In this document: piece by piece, positions 50,505 to 63,175 of the stretch
How positions within the stretch are numbered: position 1 is the first letter of the stretch
Layout: every line of letters starts with the position of its first letter
Source: Zootoca vivipara
Lineage: Eukaryota
Assembly: GCF_963506605.1 (NCBI RefSeq)
Contig: NC_083277.1
Span: forward strand, 17,608,001 to 17,672,000
Direction: 5' to 3'
DNA: 64,000 nt
Program-made: the position numbers and the translations under genes
The notes under the pieces: model-generated
The model's database searches: none
The model's input: the letters and a program-made list of their open reading frames with translations, nothing else
What the model was told of the DNA's origin: nothing

Positions 50505-51085
50505 GTTGTTGTCGTTTAGTCATTTAGTCGTGTCCGACTCTTTGTGACCCCATGGACCAGAGCACGCCAGGCACTCCTGTCTTGCACTACCTCCCGCAGT
50601 TTGGTCAAACTCATGTTCGTAGCTTCGAGAACACTGTCCAACCATCTCGTCCTCTGTCGTCCCCTTCTCCTTGTGCCAACATCAGGGTCTTTTCCAGGGA
50701 GTCTTCTATTCTCATGAGGTGACCAAAGTATTGGAGCCTCAGCCTCAGGATCTGTCCTTCCAGTGAGCACTCGGGGCTGATTTCCTTCAGAATTGATAGG
50801 TTTGATCTTCTTGCAGTCCATGGGACTCTCAAGAGTCTCCTCCAGCACCATAATTCAAAAGCATTAATTCTTCGGCGATCAGTCTTCTTTATGGTCCAGC
50901 TCTCACTTCCATACATCACTACTGGGAAAACCATAGCTTTAACTACCGTATATCGACCTTTGTCGGCAAGTGATGTCTCTGCTTTTTAAGATGCCGTCTA
51001 GGTTTGTCATTTCTTTTCTCCCAAGAAGCAGGCATCTTTTAATTTATTGACTGCTGTCACCATCTGCAGTGATCATGGAGCCCAA
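50505..51085 (-). mobile_element. BovB (RTE) LINE 3' fragment (smaller piece at ~56362-56515)
   Basis: MVFPVVMYGSESWTIKK..AFELWCWRRLLRVPWTARRSNLSILKEISPECSLEG. Confidence 0.92.
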
Positions 51086-51698
51086 GCAATCTGTAGTGCT
51101 GTATAAATGTTTAGAGTTATCATTATTAAAATCTACTCAAGGTTGTGAGCTCTCGTTGCCCAAGACTCCATTCCTTTGAGGGCTCCAAGTGTCTGGAACT
51201 AAGGAGGCAGAACATTTATACCTCTCCCCGTACTGGAATTTGCTGGAAAGAAATCCCATCGAGGTAAAGTAACATCTTCCCCACATCTCCCTTAAAAGAG
51301 GCGCTCCTTATGATCATTTTGAAAAAAGGGGGGGGGGAACGAGGGGAAAGCTGTAGTGGATGTATGGAAAATACGGGAAGGAGAAAAGGCAGAGGGGCAG
51401 TGTGGTGTAGTGGTTAGAGTGCTGGGCTAGGACCTGGGAAGCCAGGGTTCAAATCCCCACTCAGCCATTTAACTCGGGGGGGGGGGAGGTCGGACCTTGA
51501 GGTAGACTAAGCTATGCTGACACCTAGATAGGGTTGCTGCATTTGGTCAGCTTTTCCATCTGAGATTGAGCTGAGGACCATTGTACAGAAGCTGCTGCTT
51601 TTCAGCATGGTAATGCAGAGATGGGAAAGCCATACCTATTGGATTTTTTTGCCTGTGGAGGAGCTAATTCAGAGACTTAATCTTCACTTATTTATCTG

Positions 51699-51738
<40 letters not shown>

Positions 51739-52555
51739 TATATACAACCCTTCAATCAGAAGACCACAGACACTTTACACCACACAACTACATAACATAA
51801 TATCAATGCAACGTAGAAATCAAAACAGTTATATTAATACATTTATAACGGTAATATTTGCATATATTACCTGATTTGCCATAGAGGCTGCTGCTTCCCT
51901 GTCTTCTACCATCCACCTTGTTTATTAGGATTGTTTGCTGTTCAGCGAAAGACACCTGCCTGCTCCTGTCCCTTTAAAGCGGCCTGGTGTGCAGAAACCA
52001 GCAAATGAAGCTTTTCATGGTATGAGGATGAAACATCATCTCCTGCTCATTGCTGCAGATCAACAACAAAAGTGAAAGCTGTGGCCACTGGGATTGTGAC
52101 TCTGCCTTACAGCAAGCAGGTGACACACCCGTGTCCTGAATAGGTGTCTTGTTTTAAGGTGCGGCAATCAACTCTGTGCAAGGTCTTTGCAAGCGGTTGT
52201 AGACAAAACAGTGGAAGCTCCATTGTGTAGATCAGTAAGTGCCCATGGCTAGGAGTCCGTCTACGTCAGGACCTCTTGGCCTCTATGGGATGTGGGCTAG
52301 ATCAGCTTTCGCCAACCTGGTGCCCTCCAGAGGCTTTAGCTGATGGGAGCTACAGCCCCCAAACATCTGGAGGGCTCACCAGATTGGTGAAAGTTGATCT
52401 AGTCCACATCCCAGGGTGAGGCCACCAGTCCAATCTGCCTAGAGATTCTTAAGGAGCCTGTGATTCTGGACTGCAGGTGCAATTTTTAAAACTGCTTGTA
52501 TTATCTGGTGCTGGCAAGGCTCTTTCAACCTTTCCAAAGAGATACTTCTGCCTTT

Positions 52556-52572
52556 TGGCCACTAGGTGGCAA
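52556..52572 (+). promoter_or_regulatory. CTCF-like motif
   Basis: TGGCCACTAGGTGGCAA closely fits the CTCF consensus. Confidence 0.5.
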
Positions 52573-52739
52573 CCACATACACATTTCTTGCAGTATTTCC
52601 ATACTACTGTACAGTATAGGAAAGGCTTGACCTGTTGGGTTTCTGCCAGCCACACAGCTGTTAGAGGCTAAAGATCCCTGGCCACGTGCCCAAAGGCTAA
52701 ATTGTGCTTTTGCTAGTACTACTACTACTACTACTACTA

Positions 52740-52779
<40 letters not shown>

Positions 52780-53626
52780 TTTTTTATTATTTATACCCCA
52801 ACCACCTGGCTGCATTTCCCCAGCCACTCTGAAAATCTCCCAGAAGAATAGTAAAAATACAATAAAACATCAAACATTAAAAACTTCCCTAAACAGGACT
52901 GCCTTCAGATGTCTTCTAAAAGTCAGGTACTGTAGTTGTTTATTTCCTTGACATCTAAAGGGAGGGTGTTCCACAGGGAGGAAGTGACTACTAAGAAGGC
53001 CCTCTTTCCATTCTTCATCCTGCTGAGATATGGAGCCCAGATGAAATTATGTACCGGTACTTAAAGGTCTGGACTGGCAACCGACTTACTAGAGAGGCTA
53101 GCCAGTCTAGTTAAGTTTTAGAGTTACGCTGTTTACTGGGTAATGTTTTCATAGGATTGTATATAAATCTCAAAAGTTGTACATTTTCCTCCAAAGCTAA
53201 AAATTAATAAAGTACTGAAATATTTCTGAGCTGTTGTGTTTTCTTATGCCACTAGACCCCCCCCAGGGGTGGGGAAGAGATGAAACCACTGACAAGTACA
53301 GGGTGAGTCCTTTAAAAGGGGCCCCGTGGATACAGAGTACACATGTTCCACGGGGCCTCCTTAAAAAGACTCACCCTGTATAAGATACATGGCTTCTCCT
53401 AGACAGAGGTGAAGCTTGTCAGTTCTACTTTGGTGAATGTTTGGATTCTCACAGAATGCTGATCCAAAACAGTGACCTGAGGCTGGGGGCAGGGAAATCG
53501 ATAACACTTGTTCAACCTGTGTATTTGTTACCAGAAGAGCTTGTCTTTCCCCACAATACCCTCTTAGTTTACTCCAAGCTGTCACTGTTTCAGCAACCTG
53601 CAAAAGGGGTGGGTTGGGTTGAGAGG

Positions 53627-53629
<3 letters not shown>

Positions 53630-53692
<63 letters not shown>
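53630..53692. repeat. (CTG/TGC)21 microsatellite
   Basis: Uninterrupted trinucleotide run. Confidence 0.95.
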
Positions 53693-53693
<1 letters not shown>

Positions 53694-54178
53694 ACAAAGT
53701 GAGTCAGAACCCTTTTCAAATCCCCCAAGTGTACAGTTGGACAATAGCGCAGGGCACTGGAGGCAGTGCCTTTTGGTGCAAGTTGGTATACAAAATAGTT
53801 GGAAAGCTGCTAGTATAACTGACTGCAGGCTGTATCCGACCATACAGCTAGCTTCACCAGTTAGATAAGAAATCATCAGATAGTGACCCATTTTTGAGTT
53901 ATGCAACAGTTTTCCTAAAACATGGGGTGCTGGTGCTCATATGGATGTATGGTGCATGCAAGCATTGGTCCCCAATATTGCTAATGAGTCACAAAAAGTT
54001 GGGATTTAAGTGTCTAACCAAAGCAAGGGATGCGACCAGCTTAAATGTGATTTTATATCCTAAAATGACCCTGAAACCTAATTTCCCAGGAGTCTTAAAA
54101 ATCAACGGGCCAATTGTCCAAGTTAACACCTGAATTTATTTACGATAGTGGTTTCGTTCTTCTAGGAGCGTCGTGGGT

Positions 54179-54194
54179 GGCTCTGAAAAGAGCC
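54179..54194 (-). terminator. Histone 3' stem-loop (H2A copy 1)
   Basis: GGCTCTTTTCAGAGCC preceded by CCCAAA and followed by ACCCA on the minus strand. Confidence 0.95.
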
Positions 54195-54247
54195 TTTGGG
54201 TCTGGGTATTTGGTCGCCCTGGGCAGGACTATTTTGCCATTTGCTCT

Positions 54248-54724
54248 TTACTGAACTGCAACGGGCGCGGTGCTGGCCTTAAGGGCCACTTTGGTGCCTT
54301 TGGCCGCCTTGGTCAGGGGCTTGGACGCGGCCTTGGCGCTGGCCGCGCTATGCAGAGCTTCGGTCTTCTTGGGCAGCAAGACGGCGTGGATGTTGGGCAA
54401 GACTCCGCCCTGCGCGATGGTCACTCCGCCCAGCAGCTTGTTCAACTCCTCGTCGTTGCGCACCGCCAGCTGCAGGTGCCGAGGGACGATGCGGCTCTTC
54501 TTGTTGTCCCTGGCTGCGTTGCCGGCCAGCTCCAGGATTTCTGCACTGAGGTACTCGAGCACAGCGGCCAAATAAACGGGCGCTCCGCCGCCGATGCGCT
54601 CGGCGTAGTTTCCCTTGCGCAACAGCCGATGGACTCTGCCCACGGGAAACTGCAGGCCGGCCCTGGAAGAGCGGGACTTGGCCTTGGCCCGCGCCTTGCC
54701 GCCTGTCTTGCCGCGACCGGACAT
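54248..54724 (-). CDS. Histone H2A, long-tailed variant, copy 1 (158 aa)
   Basis: [45 protein letters not shown] plus tail [37 protein letters not shown]; TATAAAA and CCAAT boxes upstream; intronless. Confidence 0.96.
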   Translation of the reverse strand: MSGRGKTGGKARAKAKSRSSRAGLQFPVGRVHRLLRKGNYAERIGGGAPVYLAAVLEYLSAEILELAGNAARDNKKSRIVPRHLQLAVRNDEELNKLLGGVTIAQGGVLPNIHAVLLPKKTEALHSAASAKAASKPLTKAAKGTKVALKASTAPVAVQ

Positions 54725-57700
54725 CTTCAAAACCTCCTGACTTCTATCTCGACCAAAGAACGAAAGGAATGCAGGTGCTTGGAGTGCTTGGAGCCTTTTA
54801 TACGTTTCTTGACCTAGCTGCGATTGGTCGAAGACGAACAGGCCAATAAAAGAAAGGATTCTATTTCTAAACCAATGGGCGACGAGTGCGCGCGGGTGTG
54901 GTCCTGGGAGAGGGGAACGGTATATATTTATTGTAGAAGAAAAGAACAAATACTGTCTATCTCTGCTTTCTGTTCACCCGACCCTTCCCGTACAGTTTTC
55001 TAATGGAAATATTGATGCTCGTGGGTTGTTGTGTTTTTTGGGGTTTTTTTACCCATACGATGTTTTGTGAGAACGGGATATTTTGCTAGTTTCTCCCGTC
55101 TATACAGTTTCTAGCAGATTCCTTTGCTTCTACATTTCCAGCGCGTGAAAGCTACAACGGTCCGCCAAGAAACCTGTTACGCAGTTTACGTTAGACAATT
55201 CCCTGCGATACTTCGTAAAAGTGCACCTCTAACCTCTAGTCTAGGACTAAACAGGCCCAGGCTGCGGTAGAGAAAGCAGAGGGGGGCGGGGTTTGATGCT
55301 CCTGAGCAGTTGGCGGAAATGGCTGCCAAGCGCTTCAGATTTTCCCGCCTTTTCCCCTCCCCGGCACCTCGCTCGCCTGCCTGAGGGAAATGTTGAGCCG
55401 CTCAAAAAGACACTTATTAGAGACGTTGTAAATGTAATTAGTCTTGACGTTCACATAGACAAAAGAAGGTTACCAATACCAACAAATAACATCTCATTTT
55501 AATCTTTTCGTTTAAAATATAATCCCTGTGCGACATAGTTACCTTTCATGAACTCAAATTATATTTCAAAAACTGTTGGTTTTCCGTAATAATTACCCAT
55601 ATGTATAATCTTATAAGGGGATGAGGAGCCACCTTCTCCTCACAGCAGTCTTCATGGCAACTTTTTTTTATAAAAAAACAACTAAGAAGTATATTCCGGC
55701 AGCAGCTTTTTTTGCACTGTAGTCCCACATTTATCTTACATTTTTTTAATTTACAGATGTTAAGGATTTACAGATTGTGTGTCCTCTTACCTGTGAGTAA
55801 GCCACTGAATATAGTGGGACACACATAGGATATACCACTTCTTCCAGGTATCCGAGGAAATAGGAACATCATACTGAACTGCGTTTGTGTTATATTTTGG
55901 GTGCAGTGCTTCATTTTTAGATTTGATTCTATTTTTAAAAATGTGCACAGAAATATTCTGGGCATTTGTATTAGGTGGCAAATAAATTGAAATAATAATA
56001 ATATTACTCTGTATGTATATAGTGCTTCTGATTTGGTTATCTCACAAGCGCAGCCTTAAATTGTTCCTGGTTAGTTCACTGAGAGTCTGAAACCTGGAAA
56101 AAGACTTCAGATCTATGTCATTTTATTCATTCATTCATTCATTCATTTGATTTATATACTGCCCTTCATCATAAGATCTAAAGGCGGTTCTTGCCAACTA
56201 ATGTCAGAGAGGCAGATTGAGCATGATTTTTGTTAATTTCTGTAGCAGTCAAAGGTTTTACAGTAGCAGCAAAACAATTTTAGGAATTTCTGCATTCACT
56301 TCACATCAGGACCGGACTGAGATGTCATCCACTGTATTTTCCAGACAATTCCAACATTTTTTGTCGTTTAGTCGTGTCCGATTCTTCGTGACCCCATGGA
56401 CCATAGCACGCCAGGCACTCCTGTCTTCCACTGCCTCCCGCAGTTTGGTCAGACTCATGTTCATAGCTTCGAGAACACTGTCCAACCATCTCGTCCTCTG
56501 TCGTCCCCTTCTCCCCAAACCCAACATCTGGGTCTTTATTAGCCATCGCCATAAAGAGTCCCTAGCTATTATTGTATTCATATTACTATCCACTATCAAG
56601 TCTATTTCATGTACCAATTGCCAAATCCGCACAATACCATAGAACCACAGAACATCCTGGCTTCCTTTCACCTTTCAATCATCCCTTTTTTTTTGTAAAC
56701 ATTTTTGACACCACACAAAATCCTTCTTCTGTTCCTGGATGTTCAAATTAACGCCTGAAGTTTTGTTGGCAGATTCCGCCCCGCCCCCCTTTGGTACTTA
56801 TCCCGTCCTTTACTCAGTGGGAACAGTCTGGCTTAAATACATGCATGCATTGACCTTTGTTACTAACTTTTAGACCAATCTGCAGAACCTACTTTTTAAA
56901 AATCCAATGTGTATTAATCATCAGGATGAATAGTAAACAGAAACCGGAGTTTGTGTATGTGCATAAAAAGGCTGACATCAAGGCACCTTTCCCCGCCTCT
57001 CCCTTCGCCTTTGCTGTTGTTACAGAAGAGCTTTGTAAACACAGCTTGTCCCTTCGTTTTGTGACATTTTGGCTTCTCCTAATAAATGCATTGTGGAATC
57101 ATGCACTGAAACGTGCAAAGCTGTGGCAAAACAAAATCAATTTCAAAGAATCCACGATCCCCGCGTCCATACCACACATACCAGATGACGCATCTCAAGT
57201 ATGTTCTCGCTAGGGAAACTTTTTTTTGTTTTGCTCAGACGTCTTTTGCATTGGTAGTCGCAGTTATAAATTGCCTCCAGGTTTTATTTTATCTTTCCTT
57301 TCCTGATTCCACTTTGGTACGCAAATATATTTGCCCTTCAAACAGCGCGGGGAACACAAGATTGATCGGAGTAAAGATAATAATCTCCTATCTGAGATTA
57401 TAAATCACTGCGAACCACCTCCAGTGCGCGGAAGCAAGAAGAAACAGAAAATTAAAAGGATTGGTTTGGGTTGCTGCGTGAAAACAGCCAATGAGGCAGT
57501 CTACATTAAATATATTATAAATTAATATGATATCCAGCTTTCACGCGTTGGAAATGTATAACCAAAGGAATCGGTTAGAACCTCTATACACAGGGGAAAC
57601 TTGCAAAATAGGCCCGTTCTCACAAAACATCGTAGGGGTAAAAACAAAAACAAAAAACAACCCACGAGCATCAATATTTCCATTAGAAACCATTCGGGAA

Positions 57701-57959
57701 GGGTCTAACGAATAGAAAGCAGAGAGAGACAGTATTTGTCCTTTCTTCTACAATAAATATATACCGTTCCCCTCTCCCAGGACCACACCCGCGCGCACTC
57801 GTCTCCCATTGGTTTAGAAATAGAATCCTTTTTTCTATTGGCCTGTATGTCGTCGGCCAATCGCAGCTAGGTCAAGAAACGTATAAAAGGCTCCAAGCAC
57901 TCCAAGCACCTGCATTCCTTTCGTTCTTTGGTCGAGATAGAAGTCAGGAGGTTTTGAAG

Positions 57960-58433
57960 ATGTCTGGTCGCGGCAAGACAGGTGGCAAGGCGCGAGCCAA
58001 GGCAAAGTCCCGCTCTTCCAGAGCCGGCCTGCAGTTTCCCGTGGGCAGAGTCCATCGGCTGCTGCGCAAGGGAAACTACGCCGAGCGCATCGGCGGCGGA
58101 GCGCCCGTTTATTTGGCCGCTGTGCTCGAGTACCTCAGCGCAGAGATCCTAGAGCTGGCCGGCAACGCAGCCAGGGACAACAAGAAGAGCCGCATCATCC
58201 CGCGCCACTTGCAGCTGGCGGTACGCAACGACGAGGAGTTGAACAAACTGCTGGGCGGAGTGACCATAGCGCAGGGCGGAGTCTTGCCCAACATCCACGC
58301 CGTCTTGCTGCCCAAGAAGACCGAAGCTCTGCATAGCGCGGCCAGCGCCAAGGCTGCGCCCAAGCCCCTGACCAAGACCGCCAAAGGCACCAAAGTGGCC
58401 CCCAAGCCCAGCACCGCGCCCGTTGCGGTGTAG
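57960..58433 (+). CDS. Histone H2A, long-tailed variant, copy 2 (157 aa)
   Basis: Same fold; tail ..[27 protein letters not shown]; TATAAAA at ~57882 and CCAAT at ~57857. Confidence 0.96.
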   Translation: MSGRGKTGGKARAKAKSRSSRAGLQFPVGRVHRLLRKGNYAERIGGGAPVYLAAVLEYLSAEILELAGNAARDNKKSRIIPRHLQLAVRNDEELNKLLGGVTIAQGGVLPNIHAVLLPKKTEALHSAASAKAAPKPLTKTAKGTKVAPKPSTAPVAV

Positions 58434-58492
58434 TGAGGCCAAAAGGCCAAATAGCCCGGACCAGGGCCGCTGACAAAATACCCAGACCCAAA

Positions 58493-58508
58493 GGCTCTTT
58501 TCAGAGCC
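58493..58508 (+). terminator. Histone 3' stem-loop (H2A copy 2)
   Basis: CCCAAA-GGCTCTTTTCAGAGCC-ACCCA followed by purine-rich AGAAGAA (HDE-like). Confidence 0.95.
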
Positions 58509-59035
58509 ACCCACAACGCTCCTAGAAGAACGGAAGCACTACCGCCGAAAATATAATTAAACCTCTCCGCTCGCTCGGACACTTCCCCCATTGCTTCGAA
58601 AACGCCTCCCAAATGTTGGCTGAGGCTCCCTGTCATTTTACGCCTTTCTTAAAAACACCTTAAGGCTGCTGCTGCTGGTCACAAATTTATACACACACAC
58701 CCCTGCTTGGTCGGCATACTTTAATCCCATGCGAATGGAAATCCAACTTTTCATCTGACTGCCCGCTTGCACAGAAGATTATTACATCTTATTGAGTCCA
58801 TGACAGCTATTTTCTGCTGGCATCCAGAATACATCAGTATGAGCAATAGGACCCCATGTTCTGTGAAAAGCAATGCATAACCCCAATCGGGCACTAAACA
58901 ACCCAATCCCCTAAATTTGCAGCCTGTAGCCAGGAATACTTAGTAGCTTTCCAACTTTTCATTTTGTATACCAACCTCGCAAAAATACACTGGCAATACA
59001 CTGGCTCCAGTGTTCTGCCCTGTTTTTCCACTTGC

Positions 59036-61438
59036 GGTTCGAGGACCCGCCCCCCCGCAAGAAATAAAGACACAGTGACACGTGGTATTAAGGTTAATGG
59101 GTAGAATAAGGCCACAACTTTATTGGTTAAAGCAAGTGAGTGGTATTGGCTTAGGCATTGGACTCCCTAGCAAGCGTGACTCCACCCCGCTCGGCGGGGG
59201 GTCATATCAGGTTAACACCCCAAGGAGCCTGTTGATGCAAATACAACTGAAAGCTCCCCCTGGTGCCACCGGGGTCATGCCATGGCCCTAGCCACCCGCA
59301 GGGCGTAGGACGGGATCCACGACCGCTGGATCCCTTAAGGCACGGGTGTCAAACACAAGGCCCGGGGGCCAAATCCGGCCCGCCAGACCTCGTCATGTGG
59401 CCCGCCGAGCGCCCCAGCCAGCGGGACCCAGCAGTGGGACCTTGCTGCTGAAGCGCCGCGCCGACAAACAGCTGGGGCCGGGGGGGGGGGGGTAGAAAGG
59501 CAGCTGGAGCAGCGCTGCGTAGAGTGCCCCGAGCCACAGCAGGAGAAGGAGGAGGCAGCTTGCCGGGTCGGTGCCCGGCAGCGCCGCACGGAGAGTCCCG
59601 AGCCTCTGCGACACAGCAGTGCTCTGTAGCACTTTGAATCCTCCTCCTCCTGCCACGGCTCGGCGCCTGGAAACAGCTGCTGCTGCTGCTGAAGCACAGA
59701 CAAAGCACCCAGCAGTGCCGCGTGGAGGAGGAGGAGGATTCAAAGTGCTACAGAGCACTGCTGCGTCCCAGAGGCTCGGGACTCTCCGCACGGCGCTGCC
59801 GGGCACCGACCCGGCAAGCCGCTGCCTCCTCCTCCTCTTGCCTCACCTCCTCCTCCTCCTGCCGCGGCTCAGCCTCATGAACGTGAGCTCAGCAGCGGCT
59901 CAGCCTCACGAAGTGTAACTCTGAGGCTTTACGCACTTCTCCTAAAACGGACACCCGCTGCCTCACGCTGCACGGGAAATGCTTTTTGCCCCTGGGTCCC
60001 TTCGCGCTCTTTTCTGGCGCTGAATCAAGGCGGCGACCCCCCCTCCCTTTCTTTCTTCCTCTCTCTCGTTCTTATTCTTTCTTTCCCTCTCCTTCCTTCC
60101 TTCTTTATCTCTGTCTTTTCTCCCTCTTTCTTTTTCTTTCCTTCTTTATTCCTTCTTTCCTACTCTTCCTCTCTCCCTCCTGCTGCCTCTTTTCTTTCTT
60201 TCTTCCTTACTTCCTTCCTTTCTTCCTTCCGTCCTTCCCAACTTTCTTCCTCTCCCTCATTCTTATTCTTTCTTTCCCTCTACTTCCTTCCTTCTTTCTC
60301 CCTTTCCGTCTTCTCTCCCTCTTTCTTTTTCTTTCCTTCTTTATTCCCTTCCTTATTTCCTACTCTTCTTTCTCTCCCCTCTTTCCTTCCTTCCTCTCTC
60401 CCTCCCACTCCCTCTTTCCTTCCTTCCTTCCTTCCTCCCCTCCCCTCCCTCTCCCTCTCCTCAGAAACATAGGATGCTGCTTTATACTTCTGGCCCTTAA
60501 ACCCTGGAACCAGGAGAGCAGCTTCAGTGAGTCAACCTCAGCCAGTCCCTTGGTGAAGGGTGGTGGCTCACTGGCAGAACATCTGTCCTGCATGCAGAAG
60601 GACCCCAGCATCTCCAGGTACTAGTAGCTCTGCAAAGGTCCTGCATGAAACCCTAGCGAGCCTCCACCACCCAGTGCAGTTACCAAAAATCATTTTTCAA
60701 TAAATTGTACAATAATTGTACATTTGAATATCTACTTGCCATTATTCTGACTATGTTTCTGCTTTCAGAGCTAGTTATTACTTACATTATTACAAAAACA
60801 GTAATAATTGAATGCAGTGACAATAATTTATGATAATAAAGAGTGGACACATAGTCCTACAGATACAACCGGCCCTTTGAGGGTGACCAAACTGCTGATG
60901 CGGCCCCCGATGAATTTGAGTTTGACACCCCTGCCTTAAGGGGATACCCCTATACGAGGAGGGTTGGATGATGGCCACAACCAGTCCTCGAACACACCAG
61001 ACAACTCCATATTCCATTGCCTACCGCCAAATACCGAAGAAGAAGTTGTGACGAATTGCTACGAGGTAGGCGAAAAAACCAAGAGGCCGGTGCCAATTAG
61101 CCAATTGGAGAAAAAACTCCTACCCGGACCCTTTGGGCCACCAAAGGCGACCCAAAGGCGACCAACCGAAGTCCATAGCAAGGTCAAAATGTACCTGACT
61201 AAGGGACGACCTAAAGGGCGGGTGGGTGGGAGATCCGATGAGGTGCAGGGGCGAGAAGGGGCGATCTGGAGCCTGCCGCGCTATTTTAAAGACCTCTTAG
61301 CCCCGCCCCCCCAGCTGGCCCTATTGGCCAGCCCTAAGCGCGGCAGGTAAAGGTGGAGCAGGGGGCGGACCCCGCCCCCTGCTTGCTGCGTAGAGCGGGT
61401 CCCGCCCGCAAATTCCCCCCTCTCTGAAGAGGAGGGGT
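59036..61438 (-). mobile_element. LTR-like insertion (~800 bp after removing the nested hAT), class uncertain (possibly DIRS/Ngaro-type)
   Basis: Interrupts sequence that is continuous in the paralogous H2A unit (~62730-62770); flanked by direct CTTGC; minus-strand CCAAT, TATA-like motif and AATAAAGTTGTGGCC; ends are not TG..CA. Confidence 0.5.
59341..60933. mobile_element. hAT non-autonomous element with internal ~100-bp inverted repeat and a polypyrimidine tract
   Basis: TIR cacgggtgtcaaac / gtttgacacccctg; 8-bp TSD ccttaagg. Confidence 0.85.
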
Positions 61439-63101
61439 CTTGCTCCAGAATGCTAGATCTGGGAGATGTGGAACTAGCATCAATACATTGCTATATATAT
61501 CCCTGCATTTATACAGGTATCTACTTAAAGTTAGGCCCCAATCAGAAAGGATATGGTGTTGCCACAACTATTATGCAGTGCACTTGAGAGCATACAAATA
61601 ACGGAAAGTGATGGGAGGAGGGCCCCAAATAAATATTTAAGAAGCTTACGTTTTTCTTTGCTCTGGGCTCCGTATTACCCAGTCTGCCCCTAGCCTGGAC
61701 TTGCCTCTAATGTGGATTTGCTCTGTTCTTCCATAAGCAAATCTGACGAAGGGTCCAAATAGTGTGCATCCACACCTAGTGCTGTTTGAAAATTGAAAGT
61801 GCATGAAGCATGGCTCTCTAACTACCTAAATGTATTTTGATTCGGTTGTCTGTGCACTGTGCTGTGAGGGCTTTGCCTCAGGGAGGCATTACTGGTAGGT
61901 AGCGATAATTTTGCGGGGTGGGCGCTGGGCTGTGGGTGTTGCTATGGAATCTGTCAAAACGATAGGTGGAATTGCAGTGGGTCTTGATAGGGGATCTGGG
62001 CTCTGAAATCAGATCTGTTTTCTGCCTTGGGGGACATAGTTCAGCAGAATCCGTGTTTATCAGGACTGCGAGGGTGGGAGAATAGCATTTTTTGATGCCA
62101 GTTCCAGTAGTTTGATTACCACTTTCATGGCAGTTGCTTTTGCTGGGGAGATAAGTTTTCCATTATTCATACTGCTGATATATGGAGCCCAGATGTATTT
62201 GAAGGCTCTGAATTGGACTTCAAAACTTTACCATTCCTCTGTCTGTAGCATGGCTAGCTGTATGTCACCCAGTCATATTGCAGAGGAAGGATAAAGCTTT
62301 AACAAACAACAGGGGTGGGGAAGAGATGAAACCACTGACAAGTACTGTATAAGACACTTGGGTCCTCTTAGATAGAGATGAGTTTGTCAGTTCTGCTTTG
62401 GTGAATCTTTGGATTCTCACAGGATGCCGATTCAAAATATTGGAAGCGGGGGTGGGGGGGGGGAAAGCAGGGCAATATATAGCACCTGCACTACCTGTGT
62501 TTTGGTACCAGAACTAATATTGTATTTCACCACAATCCCCTCTTTTTGCCAATTATTTCTTTATTGTTTTTCTAAGTTATTAACACCCCATAAATTCCTC
62601 TTGGTTCACTCCAAGCTGTCACTGTTTCAGCAACCTAGGAAGGGGGCTGGGTGTGTTTAATGCTTTGGCATTGCTGCTGCTGGTAAGTCCTTTAAAAAAT
62701 ACGATTCATAACTTTTTGCAAATCCTCCAGTGTCCTAGCATTATGTAGCAGGTGGAGAACAGTGCAGAGCCTTGGAGTGTCTTTTGGTACGAATTGGTTT
62801 ACAAAAGAAAAATGCGGACAGCTACTAGAATCATTGGCTGCAGGCTGTATCTCTGCTTCACCAAGCAGGGGATAAAGTCCTTGGTCGTCGTGGTGCTTTT
62901 ATAGATGTGCTGTGGGTGGCAGGAAATAGCTATCAGGGGCACAAAAAGGTCGATTGCCATTCAAGGTGTTTTTAAGAAAGGCGTAAAATGACAGGGAGCC
63001 TCAGCTAACATTTGGGAGGAGTTTTCGAAGCAATGGAGAGCCGAGAGGTTTAATTATATTTTTGGCGGCAGTGTTTCAGTTCTTCTAGGAGCGTTGTGGG
63101 T

Positions 63102-63117
63102 GGCTCTGAAAAGAGCC
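63102..63117 (-). terminator. Histone 3' stem-loop (H2A copy 3)
   Basis: GGCTCTTTTCAGAGCC on the minus strand. Confidence 0.95.
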
Positions 63118-63175
63118 TTTGGGTCTGGGTATTTTGTCAGCGGCCCTGGTCCGGGCTATTGGCCTTTTGGCCTCA

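Noticed and set aside
54248-54724. H2A.X assignment
   Set aside because: No C-terminal SQ(E/D)(Y/F) motif, and three copies are present.
54725-54949. N-terminal extensions of the H2A ORFs (233 aa and 264 aa calls)
   Set aside because: They run through the TATA and CCAAT promoter; the true start is MSGRGK.
59986-60624. 212-aa Phe/Leu/Ser-rich ORF and poly-C/L/S ORFs at 53361-53906
   Set aside because: Translations of a polypyrimidine tract and of the CTG microsatellite.
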